64,000 nt of DNA from Bdellovibrionales bacterium (GTDB lineage: Bacteria > Bdellovibrionota > Bdellovibrionia > Bdellovibrionales > JAUICD01), in assembly GCA_965262715.1 (NCBI GenBank), contig OZ253553.1, positions 2,528,001-2,592,000 of the forward strand. The letters are read 5' to 3'. The translations under genes and the position numbers were made by a program. Positions 19,579 through 29,894 of this stretch are shown one piece after another. The notes beneath the pieces were generated by a model. The model saw nothing but the letters and a program-made list of their open reading frames with translations. It was not told the DNA's origin and ran no database searches. Each line of letters opens with the position of its first letter. Position 1 is the stretch's first letter.

Positions 19579-20763
19579 ATGGGATTTATTGTCTTAACCT
19601 TACTTTTTATAGTTATCGTATCTATCATTGTTTATTTAATCGTTAATTTTGTTAGCAATTTTTTTGATAAACTTAGAGAAAATAAAGAATATATAGAAAC
19701 TGCTCTCAGGCAAGAAAACAAATCTAACCGTGAAGAGTACAACAAAAATAATATACACCTAAGACAAGAAATAAGCAACTTTATAACTCATAACAATAAC
19801 AGCTTAAGCAAAACATTAGAAGACAGAATCACTGCGCTTATATCTCAAAACAAAGATGATCAAAACTCCTTGAGGTCTGAAATGACTTCTCAACTAGAAA
19901 AAGTACGTGAAACGGTTAATGAAAAACTGCAAGGGACACTAGAAAAAAGGCTGCACAGTGTATCTAAGCAGGTTGATGATAAACTTTCCCAGTTATACAA
20001 AGAGTTAGGAGAAATACAAGGACTTTCTAATGATGTAAAAGATCTTACAAAACTAATGAGTAACGTAAAAATACGTGGTATTTGGGGAGAACTTCAAGTT
20101 GGTAACATTTTAGAAGATATTTTAACCCAAAACCAATATATCAAAAATGCTCAAGTTAAAAAAGGTAGCAATGAAAGAGTAGAATACGCTATAAAAATGC
20201 CTGGTCGCTCAGATGACAAACAAGACTATGTTTTACTTCCTATTGATTCCAAGTTCCCAGCTGAAGATTATAAAAAATTACTTTCCGCGCAAGAAGAGGC
20301 AAATGTTGAAGATATAAAGCGTTACAGAAAGAGCCTTAAAGATCTTATAAAAAAAGAGGCTCATAATATTATCGACAAATACATCAATCCACCTCTTACA
20401 ACTGATTTTGCAATTTTATTTTTACCTACAGAAAGTCTTTACGCAGAGGTATTAAGTCAAACTGACCTTATTAATGAATTGCAAAAAAAGCAATATAGAA
20501 TTATTGTATCTGGTCCAACAACATTGACGGCTATACTTTCTGGTTTATATGTTGGCTTTCAAACTCTGGCTATTGAAAGAAGATCTACTGAAGTTATAAG
20601 ACTCTTATCTAATGTCAAAACACAATTTGGAATATTTACAGATCTATTAGAAAAAACCGAACAGAAACTCTCTTTGGCTTCAGAAGAGCTAGGGAAAGCA
20701 ACAAAAAAGTCAAAGTCCATTCAAAGCAAACTAGTAGGAATTGAACAAATAGAAAATGTATAA
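19579..20763 (+). CDS. rmuC: DNA recombination protein RmuC
   Basis: N-terminal TM and coiled coil; RGIWGELQ, LPIDSKFP, TTDFAILFLPTESLYAE, SGPTTL. Confidence 0.92.
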   Translation: MGFIVLTLLFIVIVSIIVYLIVNFVSNFFDKLRENKEYIETALRQENKSNREEYNKNNIHLRQEISNFITHNNNSLSKTLEDRITALISQNKDDQNSLRSEMTSQLEKVRETVNEKLQGTLEKRLHSVSKQVDDKLSQLYKELGEIQGLSNDVKDLTKLMSNVKIRGIWGELQVGNILEDILTQNQYIKNAQVKKGSNERVEYAIKMPGRSDDKQDYVLLPIDSKFPAEDYKKLLSAQEEANVEDIKRYRKSLKDLIKKEAHNIIDKYINPPLTTDFAILFLPTESLYAEVLSQTDLINELQKKQYRIIVSGPTTLTAILSGLYVGFQTLAIERRSTEVIRLLSNVKTQFGIFTDLLEKTEQKLSLASEELGKATKKSKSIQSKLVGIEQIENV

Positions 20764-20816
20764 GAAATAGGATGGTTGATTATATAGTTTTGATTTTATA
20801 TTATGATATTTAAAAT

Positions 20817-20892
20817 GTGCTCATAGCTCAGTTGGTAGAGCATCACCTTGACGTGGTGGGGGTCAGAGGTTCAAGTCCTCTTGAGCACACCA
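20817..20892 (+). tRNA. tRNA-Val (GAC)
   Basis: Acceptor stem GTGCTCA/TGAGCAC, D arm AGCTCAGTTGGTAGAGC, anticodon loop TT-GAC-GT, T loop GGTTCAAGTCC, encoded CCA. Confidence 0.96.
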
Positions 20893-20936
20893 TTGACTTT
20901 GCTTGGCTTAATAGTAAAAAACAATAAGGTATCTTT

Positions 20937-21611
20937 ATGATTTTAGAGTCTCGATCTTTTATAGGAGATAATTTTACAAGACCAACACCTGAAGTGTTTG
21001 TAGATGAACTAGCTTCCTTTTGTTTAATTGTCACTCCGTGGGGAAATCGATCTGCTATGAAAACTTTTCAGCGGATGATCACTGATTATTATTTATCTGC
21101 AAGTAAAGATTTAGATATCACATCTCCTTATCCTCTTTTACCTTATTTATCAAAGCCTGCCAATGATTTAAGAATAGCGGTTATGTTGGCTGTTGAATGG
21201 CTTTGTCATCAATTTAACAAGGATGAATATCAATGTGGTATAGAGCTTTTTGTGGCAACACAAGTAGAACATGAGCTTTTATGGATAAAGTATGGGAGTC
21301 CTAGCTTGTTTTTCTGTAAAGCAGGTTACAATGTCATTCCTATTGCCCATGATATATCTATCCCCATACAAATGTCAGTAACTCAGACGGCACCATTACC
21401 TACTCACCTTTTAGGCTTTTATCCCAATTCAGATATATCTGTTCAAGGAATAAAGTTTCAAAGTAGTGATAAACTTATTTTAGTCTCTAAACAAAATTTT
21501 GAACCTCAAATTTTACAACTCACATTTGATCAGTGGACATTAGACAATATTTCAAAAGTATTATCCAAAGATAGCAAGGATCCTTTTTGGGCAGGTCTTA
21601 TCACATTGTAA
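20937..21611 (+). CDS. Hypothetical protein (possibly a degenerate PP2C-like fold)
   Basis: 224-aa ORF filling the gap after the tRNA; the fold guess is weak. Confidence 0.6.
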   Translation: MILESRSFIGDNFTRPTPEVFVDELASFCLIVTPWGNRSAMKTFQRMITDYYLSASKDLDITSPYPLLPYLSKPANDLRIAVMLAVEWLCHQFNKDEYQCGIELFVATQVEHELLWIKYGSPSLFFCKAGYNVIPIAHDISIPIQMSVTQTAPLPTHLLGFYPNSDISVQGIKFQSSDKLILVSKQNFEPQILQLTFDQWTLDNISKVLSKDSKDPFWAGLITL

Positions 21612-21613
21612 TA

Positions 21614-21822
21614 GGTTCATGACACTTTAAGATGTTAATTTTTACAGTTAAAAATATTTTTGATTCATCACTACTTTCCGGGATATGGCCTCTGGGGAAC
21701 CGTTTTCCGGGAACCGACTTCGGATTGCCTCGATTGCCGGACTGCCAAATCCCGGTATAATGAGGGTTTGTTATTTTAACTTAAATTGTAAAATATAAAA
21801 CTTTATTTTTAAGATGGCTATT
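21614..21822. repeat. Composite MITE remnant between convergent genes
   Basis: Starts GGTTCATGACAC (as at 32605), contains CCGGGATATGGC ... GCCAAATCCCGG arms, and ends ATAAAACTTTATTTTTAAGATGGCT (as at 61478-61503). Confidence 0.7.
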
Positions 21823-21826
21823 CATT

Positions 21827-23233
21827 TCAATCTTCTTCTAACTCTTCATCACCTGGGCCGTGGAGGTTATATTTACGAATACGATACCTCATTGAACGAA
21901 ATGTAATACCTAGCAATTTAGCAGCTTTTTTCTTAACCCCATTTGCTTTATGAATAGCCTTTACAATGAGTTCTTTTTCAATATGTCCAATAATATTTTC
22001 TAAATCAACACCCTCATCAGTTATTTCAATATCTCGACTTGAAGCCATTCTTCTCCCAGAAGCAGTCATTACAAAAGGAGGAAGACTTTCTGGTAAAATT
22101 GTTGCCCCACCTTCCAACGCTACTGTACGTTCAATAATATTTTCTAGCTCACGCACATTTCCAGGATAATGATATTTTTTGAGGGACAACATTGCTTCAT
22201 CAGAAATACCTTGAATGTTTTTTATAAGCTTTTCATTGTATTTCTTTAAAAAGAACTCTGCAAGAAGAGGGATATCATCCTTTCTTTCTCTTAACGAAGG
22301 TGCACGGATTAAAATCACATTAAGCCGATAGTAAAGGTCTTCTCTAAATTCACCAGTTTTCACCATATCCTCTAAAACTCTATTAGTTGCCGCTATAATC
22401 CTCACATGTACTTTTAAATCTTGTGTATCTCCTACTTTACGGATTATACGTTCCTGAATAGCTCTTAACAATTTTACCTGAATAGATAGAGGTAATTCTC
22501 CAACTTCATCTAAAAAAAGTGTCCCTCCATCTGCTACTTCAAAAAGTCCTTGTTTATCACAAATAGCTCCAGTGAAAGACCCTTTCTTGTGTCCAAACAT
22601 TTCAGACTCCATGAGAGCTTCAGGAATAGCTCCACAATTGACCGTTACAAAAGGTTTATCTTTAAAAAAACCATTATAGTGAATAGCTTTTGCGATCATT
22701 TCTTTACCTGTACCGCTTTCTCCTGTAATCAAAATATTCGTTGGAGATTGTGACACTCTCTCAACTATGTTATAAACATTATGCATACTTTCTGAATTAC
22801 CCACTAAATTTTGAAAATTAAATTCTTTTTGCAGTTCTCTTTTGAGACTGCGATTTTCTATTTCTAAATGCTTGCTTTTTACAGCGTTTTTGATATTAAG
22901 GCGAACTTCATCAATTTTAAAAGGTTTAGTGAGATAATCATAAGCTCCTTTTTTCATCACTTCCACAGCCGACTCTGTGGTACCAAAAGCCGTGATCACC
23001 ATAAACGTCAAGTCAGGATAATTTAAATTGACATGATGGAGTAATTGAATACCTGTCATGCGAGGCATTTGCAGATCTGAAATAACCATACTAAAAGACT
23101 TCTTTTTCAGAATTTCTACAGCTTGCTGACCATCCTCAGCACATGTGACATCATAACCTTCCTTTTTCAACATGATCTCTAAAAACTCTCGAATAGACGC
23201 TTCATCATCTACGACAAGTATTTTTGTTTTCAC
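21827..23233 (-). CDS. pilR: Sigma54-dependent response regulator, PilR-like
   Basis: Receiver domain, AAA+ motifs GESGTGKE, ESEMFGHKKGSFTGA, LFLDEVGEL, C-terminal Fis HTH; lies downstream of pilS and pilC. Confidence 0.88.
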   Translation of the reverse strand: MKTKILVVDDEASIREFLEIMLKKEGYDVTCAEDGQQAVEILKKKSFSMVISDLQMPRMTGIQLLHHVNLNYPDLTFMVITAFGTTESAVEVMKKGAYDYLTKPFKIDEVRLNIKNAVKSKHLEIENRSLKRELQKEFNFQNLVGNSESMHNVYNIVERVSQSPTNILITGESGTGKEMIAKAIHYNGFFKDKPFVTVNCGAIPEALMESEMFGHKKGSFTGAICDKQGLFEVADGGTLFLDEVGELPLSIQVKLLRAIQERIIRKVGDTQDLKVHVRIIAATNRVLEDMVKTGEFREDLYYRLNVILIRAPSLRERKDDIPLLAEFFLKKYNEKLIKNIQGISDEAMLSLKKYHYPGNVRELENIIERTVALEGGATILPESLPPFVMTASGRRMASSRDIEITDEGVDLENIIGHIEKELIVKAIHKANGVKKKAAKLLGITFRSMRYRIRKYNLHGPGDEELEED

Positions 23234-23248
23234 TGCTTGCTCCTTTCT

Positions 23249-23395
23249 ATTTTACTCAAAATAAACTGGTCTCTGACCATTTTTGGACAATCAGCATGAA
23301 GGTTCACACCTTCAATAAAATGCTGACTGCCTCAAAAATCCGTTTATTTTGAGGAGGGAGATATTCCTCGTTACTTAACATCATGTTAAGGAAAT
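23249..23395 (+). repeat. Structured palindromic repeat family, copy B (between pilS and pilR)
   Basis: CTCAAAATAAAC/GTTTATTTTGAG outer stem, TCAGCA/TGCTGA and TGAAGG/CCTTCA inner stems, tail CATCATGTTAAGGAAA. Confidence 0.85.
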
Positions 23396-23433
23396 CCTCT
23401 CACTTCTCCAATATTGATTATCTTTCTTTATAG

Positions 23434-25182
23434 TTAAACTCTTTTCCTCTCTTGTAAATAAATAAGATTATCTTTTCCTTCCTTACTACTATTGTTGTAT
23501 AGACGAGTGAATTCTATTAAGAATTCTACACCCTCACCCTCTTTAGAGGTAACATGAATCCTTGCTCCATGGTTTTCTAGGATTTTATGAGTTGTTGCAA
23601 GTCCTAAACCCGTTCCAGAAGATTTTGTTGTTAAAAAAGGTTCAAATATTCGTTTTTTAATTTCCGGCATTAACCCCGGCCCTGTATCTTTAACAGATAC
23701 ACAAATGCACCCCTGTTTGTTATAAGAACTAACAAATAATTTGGCTGGATGAAAATTTTCCATAGCTTGACAACCATTAATGATTAAATTTAAGAAAACC
23801 TGTTCTAACTTATCTACTCGACCTATAATATCCCCTTTTGCTTGTAGATCCATGCGCTGTTCCACATGTGAAGACAATTTAGTATTTAACTTAATCCTCT
23901 CTACAGTTTCTTTTAAAACACTATTGATATCTACACAATCACTTGGTGTTTCCTCTGGCTTAGCATAATTTAGAAATTCTGAAATCAATAAATTTAAACG
24001 ATCAATTTCTTTTAAAACAATGGCATACAGTCTCTCATTATCGTTACCAGCTTCTCCTTGATCTTGAGGCATTGAAGTTTGAAGGAGTTGAACACTTCCA
24101 CTGATACTTGCCAAAGGATTACGTATTTCATGCGCAATTCCAGCAGCAAGCTGTCCTATGGCAGCCATTGTTTCATTTCTCCTAGCAACTTCTTCTAGCT
24201 TTTTTATATTCGTCAAATCTTGAATAAGTAAAATATGACCTAGAATATTTTCTTTTTGACTCACATCTTTTAAGTGCTTCCATTGCTTTCCACCCTTCTT
24301 TAATGGAGTAAGAGTTAATCCTAATTTCTTTTGATGAGACTTTGTCTTATAACCTTCTTCCCATGACATATAATTTGTTTTTTGATAATCTGGAGATATA
24401 AGATGTTTATTCATATTATCAAATAAAGATGACATCGGTAAATGAAGCAGATTTTTTTCTAAAATATTTTTGGCAGAAATATTAAATTGTATAATATGTC
24501 CTGTAGTATCAAATACAATAAGCCCTGAAGGCATTGTTTCTAAAATTAATGTATTGAGGTCCTGGAGAGTGTGAATATCCTGTGTTTGGTGTTCAATTTT
24601 TTGCCCCATAAATCCCATTTGAGTGCTTAGGTAACTACTCAAGAAAGCTACTGAGAAAAATGCCATATTATTAACACCTAGCGTAAAAGCAAGATTTGTA
24701 TTTACAATATAAGGATCTAAAATAAGCAGAACGCTAAAAAAGAAAGATGTAAGTAAAGCTAGAAAAAATGTCCCCTTCCAAGGAAAGATTAAACTAAATA
24801 AAAGAATATTAACAAGATACAAAAACAAAAAAACAGGCTGTGTGTTTTGGGTGAGATGAACCAAGATAGAGATAAATGCTGTGTCAAAGACAAATAAAAC
24901 AACAACCACTACTAGTAAATATTTAGAATGATGGAAAAAAAGCAGATAAATAGAATTTAACACAAAAGCTACTAGAAGCATTGTATAAAAAGTAGTATTT
25001 AAGTGGGGGATGATAAAAAAATCATTACTTATTTGGAAAATTAAAAAACTTAGAGTCACTAAGGCATAAAAAGTAATACGACAAAGCTCTATAAAAAAAA
25101 GCTTGTCTTTTAAAGTAGAAAGCATCATTAAGGATGGAGTTTTATTATGGAGATTTCTTAGAGTATCAAAGAATTGTGTCAT
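23434..25182 (-). CDS. pilS: Sensor histidine kinase, PilS-like
   Basis: Multi-TM N-terminus, PAS, H-box AHEIRNPL, N-box QVFLNLIING, DTGPG, GTGLGL. Start chosen at ATG 25182, just after the pilC stop. Confidence 0.88.
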   Translation of the reverse strand: MTQFFDTLRNLHNKTPSLMMLSTLKDKLFFIELCRITFYALVTLSFLIFQISNDFFIIPHLNTTFYTMLLVAFVLNSIYLLFFHHSKYLLVVVVVLFVFDTAFISILVHLTQNTQPVFLFLYLVNILLFSLIFPWKGTFFLALLTSFFFSVLLILDPYIVNTNLAFTLGVNNMAFFSVAFLSSYLSTQMGFMGQKIEHQTQDIHTLQDLNTLILETMPSGLIVFDTTGHIIQFNISAKNILEKNLLHLPMSSLFDNMNKHLISPDYQKTNYMSWEEGYKTKSHQKKLGLTLTPLKKGGKQWKHLKDVSQKENILGHILLIQDLTNIKKLEEVARRNETMAAIGQLAAGIAHEIRNPLASISGSVQLLQTSMPQDQGEAGNDNERLYAIVLKEIDRLNLLISEFLNYAKPEETPSDCVDINSVLKETVERIKLNTKLSSHVEQRMDLQAKGDIIGRVDKLEQVFLNLIINGCQAMENFHPAKLFVSSYNKQGCICVSVKDTGPGLMPEIKKRIFEPFLTTKSSGTGLGLATTHKILENHGARIHVTSKEGEGVEFLIEFTRLYNNSSKEGKDNLIYLQERKRV

Positions 25183-25186
25183 TCCA

Positions 25187-26407
25187 TTAAAATCCTTCTG
25201 CAATCTGAAATATAGGTAAATAGAGGGCAACAACTATGAACCCTATTATTAAACCTAGAAATACAATCATTAAAGGTTCTATTACGCTTAGCAGAGCAGA
25301 TGTAAGTTGCTCTACCTCTTCTTCATAAAAGTTAGCTAGCTTTGCCATTAAGGTATCAAGAGCTCCTGTTTGCTCTCCAATACCAATCATCTGCACCATC
25401 ATATTAGGGATATATTTATTTTTCGAAAATGGAACTGTCATAGACCCACCTTCAACAATAAAATTCTTAGCATCCCTAAATGCCTTCTGAATCATATAAT
25501 TTCCAGCTGTATCTGCAGATATTTCTAAACAATCCAAAGCAAAGACACCACTAGATAACATACTAGCAAATGTTCGACAACTCCTAGCAAGACAGCCTTT
25601 TTGTATTAAAGGACCAAAAATAGGTAATTGTAAAATACCTGTATCTACTATTTTACGCCCTTTTTCGGATCTATAAAAAGCTATGAAGCTAAAAATAGCC
25701 ACTGCAATACCAAAGATTATAAGATACCAATAATCTACTATAAAATGACTTAAAGTTAACACCATCATTGTCACTGCCGGAAGCTGCATATTAGCTTGTA
25801 GAAAGAGTTCTTCAAATTTGGGAATTACATATACCATCATAACACCAATCACAACAGCAGATAGAAGCACTACAATCACAGGATACCAAAGAGCTGATTT
25901 TATCTTACCCTTAATTTTTTCAGATTTCTCAATATGCATTGCTATATCTTGGAAGGTAACATCTAAAGTTCCTGACTTTTCTCCTGAATGCACCATACTT
26001 ACATAAGAGGAATCAAAAATACGTGGATGAGCAGCTAAAGCATCGCTGAAGTCACTGCCATCTTCAATACGATTGGCAATATCTGATAAGGCATCCTTTA
26101 AATTTTTATTTTGAGTAGAATTCTTAAGTATAGATATTCCACTAAGTATGGGTATACCTGAATTAATCAATGTAGAAAGCTGGCGTGTCATACCTTGCAG
26201 CTCTTTTGCAGGGACACCTTGAAACCATGGCAATGTGATACCTTTTGAGCCTGAACCTGGTATGGCAGATTTTTTTTGAGTGACTTTTATAGGAATTAAA
26301 TGTTGAGTTTTGAGCTTAATTCGCACTTCAATATCATTCTCAGCGTCAATTGTTCCTTTAATAACTTTACCTTGAATAGTTTTAGCTTGAAATGCAAATG
26401 CTGGCAT
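25187..26407 (-). CDS. pilC: Type IV pilus inner-membrane platform protein PilC
   Basis: T2SS-F repeats RQLSTLINSGIP, GEKSGTLD, GEQTGALD, IEPLMIV..LYLPIF. Confidence 0.93.
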   Translation of the reverse strand: MPAFAFQAKTIQGKVIKGTIDAENDIEVRIKLKTQHLIPIKVTQKKSAIPGSGSKGITLPWFQGVPAKELQGMTRQLSTLINSGIPILSGISILKNSTQNKNLKDALSDIANRIEDGSDFSDALAAHPRIFDSSYVSMVHSGEKSGTLDVTFQDIAMHIEKSEKIKGKIKSALWYPVIVVLLSAVVIGVMMVYVIPKFEELFLQANMQLPAVTMMVLTLSHFIVDYWYLIIFGIAVAIFSFIAFYRSEKGRKIVDTGILQLPIFGPLIQKGCLARSCRTFASMLSSGVFALDCLEISADTAGNYMIQKAFRDAKNFIVEGGSMTVPFSKNKYIPNMMVQMIGIGEQTGALDTLMAKLANFYEEEVEQLTSALLSVIEPLMIVFLGLIIGFIVVALYLPIFQIAEGF

Positions 26408-26409
26408 AA

Positions 26410-27465
26410 TTATATCCCCACTTTCTTTAGTAAATGATCTAGCTCGTTTGGATCTGGACTAATAGAAAATGCTGTCCTAAGCTCTGTTTTTCTTTTAATC
26501 AACGCATTCATCAATGATTGGTTTAAGGTGACCATTCCTGTTCTGTTTTGATCTTTTCTCATAAGATCATAAATGGGATGCAAATCTTGATCTTGAATGA
26601 GCTTTCGTATTTGCATTGTTGGCAATAAGACTTCAGCAATAAGAATAGGTTGTCCTAATTTACCTGGAATAAGACGCTGATGAATAACAGCCTTGAGATG
26701 TGTGCTTAAACGTTTAGCAACCCAAGATGAAGAACCCGTATTTCCTAAGAACTGATCAATACAGTCTACAGCAGATGTTGCAAATGTAGTAGCCACTACA
26801 AGACAGCCACCAGTACACATATCCAAAGTGGATAAATAACCACTATTATTGTAAACATCTGATAAAAAACAAATATCGATATTTTGTTTTAATAATCCTT
26901 CTGTAACAAATTCCCAATCTTTATGAAATTCTCTTTGATGAATAAGGGACTTTTGTGAGGTTATTTGATGTTCTAAAATTCTTTCTAAGGTAACAATGTA
27001 GACATTTCTAGTTTGATTCCAATGTTGTATTAAAGAAGCAGCTGTAGTAGAACGACCACTGCCTGTTGGTCCAGAGATTAAAATTAAACCTTCTGTATAT
27101 GTTGCAATTTCAGCAATATTTTTAGGTAATCCAAGATCATCTATCGTTGGAATAAAGGAAGGTATATGGTGTAAATGAATTTCTATATGATTATCTTCTT
27201 CACGTAAATAGCCTCTATATCTATCATGATTGCACTTTTGATAAGCAAAGAAACCCTGCTTTTTCTTTATAAATTCATTATTTTGCCTCTGCGAGATATG
27301 GGATAGAATGTCTTGTTTCATTTCAAGACACACCTGATGACTTAGAGCAGATTGTCCCTCTACAGGTTTTATCTGTCTATTTTGGCGAACCATAGGTATA
27401 GACTCAGATACAATATATATATCAGATCCTTGTGCAATATCTAAAAGTTCTTTTAATTTACCCAC
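26410..27465 (-). CDS. pilT: PilT-like retraction ATPase with degenerate catalytic motifs
   Basis: Lies between pilB and pilC; GLILISGPTGSGRST, SLIHQRE, LKAVIHQRL, GMVTLNQSL. Confidence 0.75.
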   Translation of the reverse strand: MGKLKELLDIAQGSDIYIVSESIPMVRQNRQIKPVEGQSALSHQVCLEMKQDILSHISQRQNNEFIKKKQGFFAYQKCNHDRYRGYLREEDNHIEIHLHHIPSFIPTIDDLGLPKNIAEIATYTEGLILISGPTGSGRSTTAASLIQHWNQTRNVYIVTLERILEHQITSQKSLIHQREFHKDWEFVTEGLLKQNIDICFLSDVYNNSGYLSTLDMCTGGCLVVATTFATSAVDCIDQFLGNTGSSSWVAKRLSTHLKAVIHQRLIPGKLGQPILIAEVLLPTMQIRKLIQDQDLHPIYDLMRKDQNRTGMVTLNQSLMNALIKRKTELRTAFSISPDPNELDHLLKKVGI

Positions 27466-27721
27466 TGTTTATTTTTTAAAAACCTTATGTGTATTTATAT
27501 TTAAATTATTACATATTTTTTTTCTTAAAGTGGTCTTTATGATTTCTTTTCAAAGATTATTATAAATGGCCTTTTTTTAAGAAGTTCAGCTATTTTTAGA
27601 AAAAAGACAGCTTATTATTTTCTTACCCCATTCTTTTTTCTCAGAGTTCTTTACCTTTTATTTATAGTAACCATTCATATATTTATGAGTCACTATACAT
27701 TTATTCTTTTTATTTCTAGCT

Positions 27722-29581
27722 TCAATCCTTTCTGGTGACATTCATAACTTCTTCTATAGTAGTTAAGCCTTCCTTCATTTTGTTAAGTGCTGATCTTCTC
27801 AGAGATTGCATTCCTGATTTGACAGCAACTTTTTTCAACTCTTCACTAGACACTTTATTTAGGCAAGCCTGTTCAATTTCACTATTCACTTCTAGAGCTT
27901 CAAAGATAGCAATTCGTCCTTTATATCCAATATTATCACATTTACTACAACCACTACTTTTTTTAACTTTAGTCTCTTTGATCTCATCTTCTCTTAATCC
28001 CAAGTCTAAAAGAACCTTGTCTTCAACACTGAGAAGAGTTGCACAGTTAGTGCAGTTTTTTCGTATAAGCCTTTGCGCTACAATGAGATTCGTAGAAGCT
28101 GTAATCATAAAAGGCTTTGCCCCCATATCTATCATTCGATTGAGTGTAGATGGAGCATCATTTGTATGTAAAGTACTTAAAACAAGATGGCCTGTAAGAG
28201 ATGCCTTAATAGCAATTTCGAGAGTTTCAATATCCCGAATCTCTCCCACCATTATAATATCAGGGTCTTGTCTTAAAAAACTTCTCAATACAGCTGTAAA
28301 ATCAACATTGTAACTAGGGTTGACTTGTACTTGATTAATCCCTGAAAGATTAAATTCTACTGGATCCTCTACTGTGCTCAAATTAACATGTATTTTATTC
28401 AGCTCAGCAAGAGCTGAGTAAAGTGTTGTTGTTTTTCCACTACCTGTAGGTCCAGTGACCAATAACATCCCATTAGGTTTCTTAATATTTTCTTTAAATA
28501 TTTGTAATGCATGAGACTCAAATCCCAACCTTGTCATATCCACTTGTAAATTCGATTTATCTAATAATCTAAGAACACATTTTTCTCCAAATACTGTAGG
28601 TAATATGCTCACACGAAAGTCAAGGGTTCCACTATTTTTTGTCGCTGCTTTAAATCTCCCATCTTGTGGCTTTCGTTTTTCAGAAATATCCATTTGACAC
28701 ATGACCTTTAACCGACTGATAAATTGGTTATTTAGAAACTTTGGAAGCTTTATTTCTCGATGGAGGGTGCCATCAAGACGAAACCTTACACGCAGCTCTT
28801 CTTCGTATGGCTCAAAATGGATATCAGACACCTTGCTTTTAATAGCTTTCAAAATAATCATATTTACAAGGCGAACAAGAGGTGTATCTTCATCCTTAGG
28901 CACATTGTCTAGGAACTGCACTTTGTCGTCAACAGCAGCCTTTTCATCCTGATTAAAGAATTGTTGTTCTAATTGTGTTAAAAGATTATCATAACTAAGT
29001 GTTTCTACACCCTCTTCTCGAAACTGTCTTGCAATAGCATCTTCAATCTGCCGCCTTGAAGACTGTATGAAATTTATCTTTTCTTTTATAATACGACTAA
29101 GACTATCTTTAACTGTTGTATCATTTGGATTATTTATAGCCACTACCAAGATATTGCCCATTTTTGAGATAGGCAGCACACAATATCTCAAACAAAGACT
29201 TTTAGGCAAAATATCTAAAACTTCTTTTGAAATATCAAAGCTGGAAAGATCAACAAGCTCAGAACGATCCCGGTGACTAGTAGAGAGCATTTTTGATATT
29301 TGTTCACTACTCACGTATCCTAATGCCAAAAGAGAGTCAACAATAGAAATATCTGAATCTTGCTGATACTTCTTTACCTCTATTAACTGTTTTGAAGTGA
29401 TCAATGATTGAGAGACCAAGCTATGAAGTATATCAGGGTCTTGACTATTCTCCTTGTCTTTAAAAACATTAGCTATATTAGGCTTTTTGGGTTGAAATAC
29501 AGTTAACTTATTTGACACACTTAACGTATTGTTTTTTTTTAAATTCTGGAAGCTTTTGGCTAATTTAACAGGTTTTTTCAT
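27722..29581 (-). CDS. pilB: Type IV pilus assembly ATPase PilB
   Basis: SDIHFEP, DISEKRKPQDG, GPTGSGKTTT, VEDPVE, LRQDPDIIMVGEIRD, TGHLVLSTLHTND, tetracysteine motif. Confidence 0.95.
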   Translation of the reverse strand: MKKPVKLAKSFQNLKKNNTLSVSNKLTVFQPKKPNIANVFKDKENSQDPDILHSLVSQSLITSKQLIEVKKYQQDSDISIVDSLLALGYVSSEQISKMLSTSHRDRSELVDLSSFDISKEVLDILPKSLCLRYCVLPISKMGNILVVAINNPNDTTVKDSLSRIIKEKINFIQSSRRQIEDAIARQFREEGVETLSYDNLLTQLEQQFFNQDEKAAVDDKVQFLDNVPKDEDTPLVRLVNMIILKAIKSKVSDIHFEPYEEELRVRFRLDGTLHREIKLPKFLNNQFISRLKVMCQMDISEKRKPQDGRFKAATKNSGTLDFRVSILPTVFGEKCVLRLLDKSNLQVDMTRLGFESHALQIFKENIKKPNGMLLVTGPTGSGKTTTLYSALAELNKIHVNLSTVEDPVEFNLSGINQVQVNPSYNVDFTAVLRSFLRQDPDIIMVGEIRDIETLEIAIKASLTGHLVLSTLHTNDAPSTLNRMIDMGAKPFMITASTNLIVAQRLIRKNCTNCATLLSVEDKVLLDLGLREDEIKETKVKKSSGCSKCDNIGYKGRIAIFEALEVNSEIEQACLNKVSSEELKKVAVKSGMQSLRRSALNKMKEGLTTIEEVMNVTRKD

Positions 29582-29894
29582 TGTCTATATATTCCCTATC
29601 ATTTTTATGCTTTCCACAATCCATTTAAACCTTTTCCAATAAAGATCTATCGGAAAAAACTTTAGAAATTTTTGATATTTCTTACTATCTCCGACTCTAA
29701 AAGAGCTGAGTTTTCTTAAATAAAAATAAATGACTTGATTTTAATCAAATTGACAATATATGTAGAAAATAACCAGCAATTTTGATTATAGTTTATTTTT
29801 TTTAGATTCTATTATATAATTAAGTAAATATAATAATGACTATAAAGGAGTTTATGCATTTGAAATATTTTATTAGGACAAAGAAACGTTCTAT

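Noticed and set aside
20817..20892. tRNA-Val as an integration site
   Set aside because: No integrase and no duplicated tRNA 3' end seen in the window
20843..21034. 63-aa minus-strand ORF
   Set aside because: Antisense shadow of tRNA-Val and the next gene
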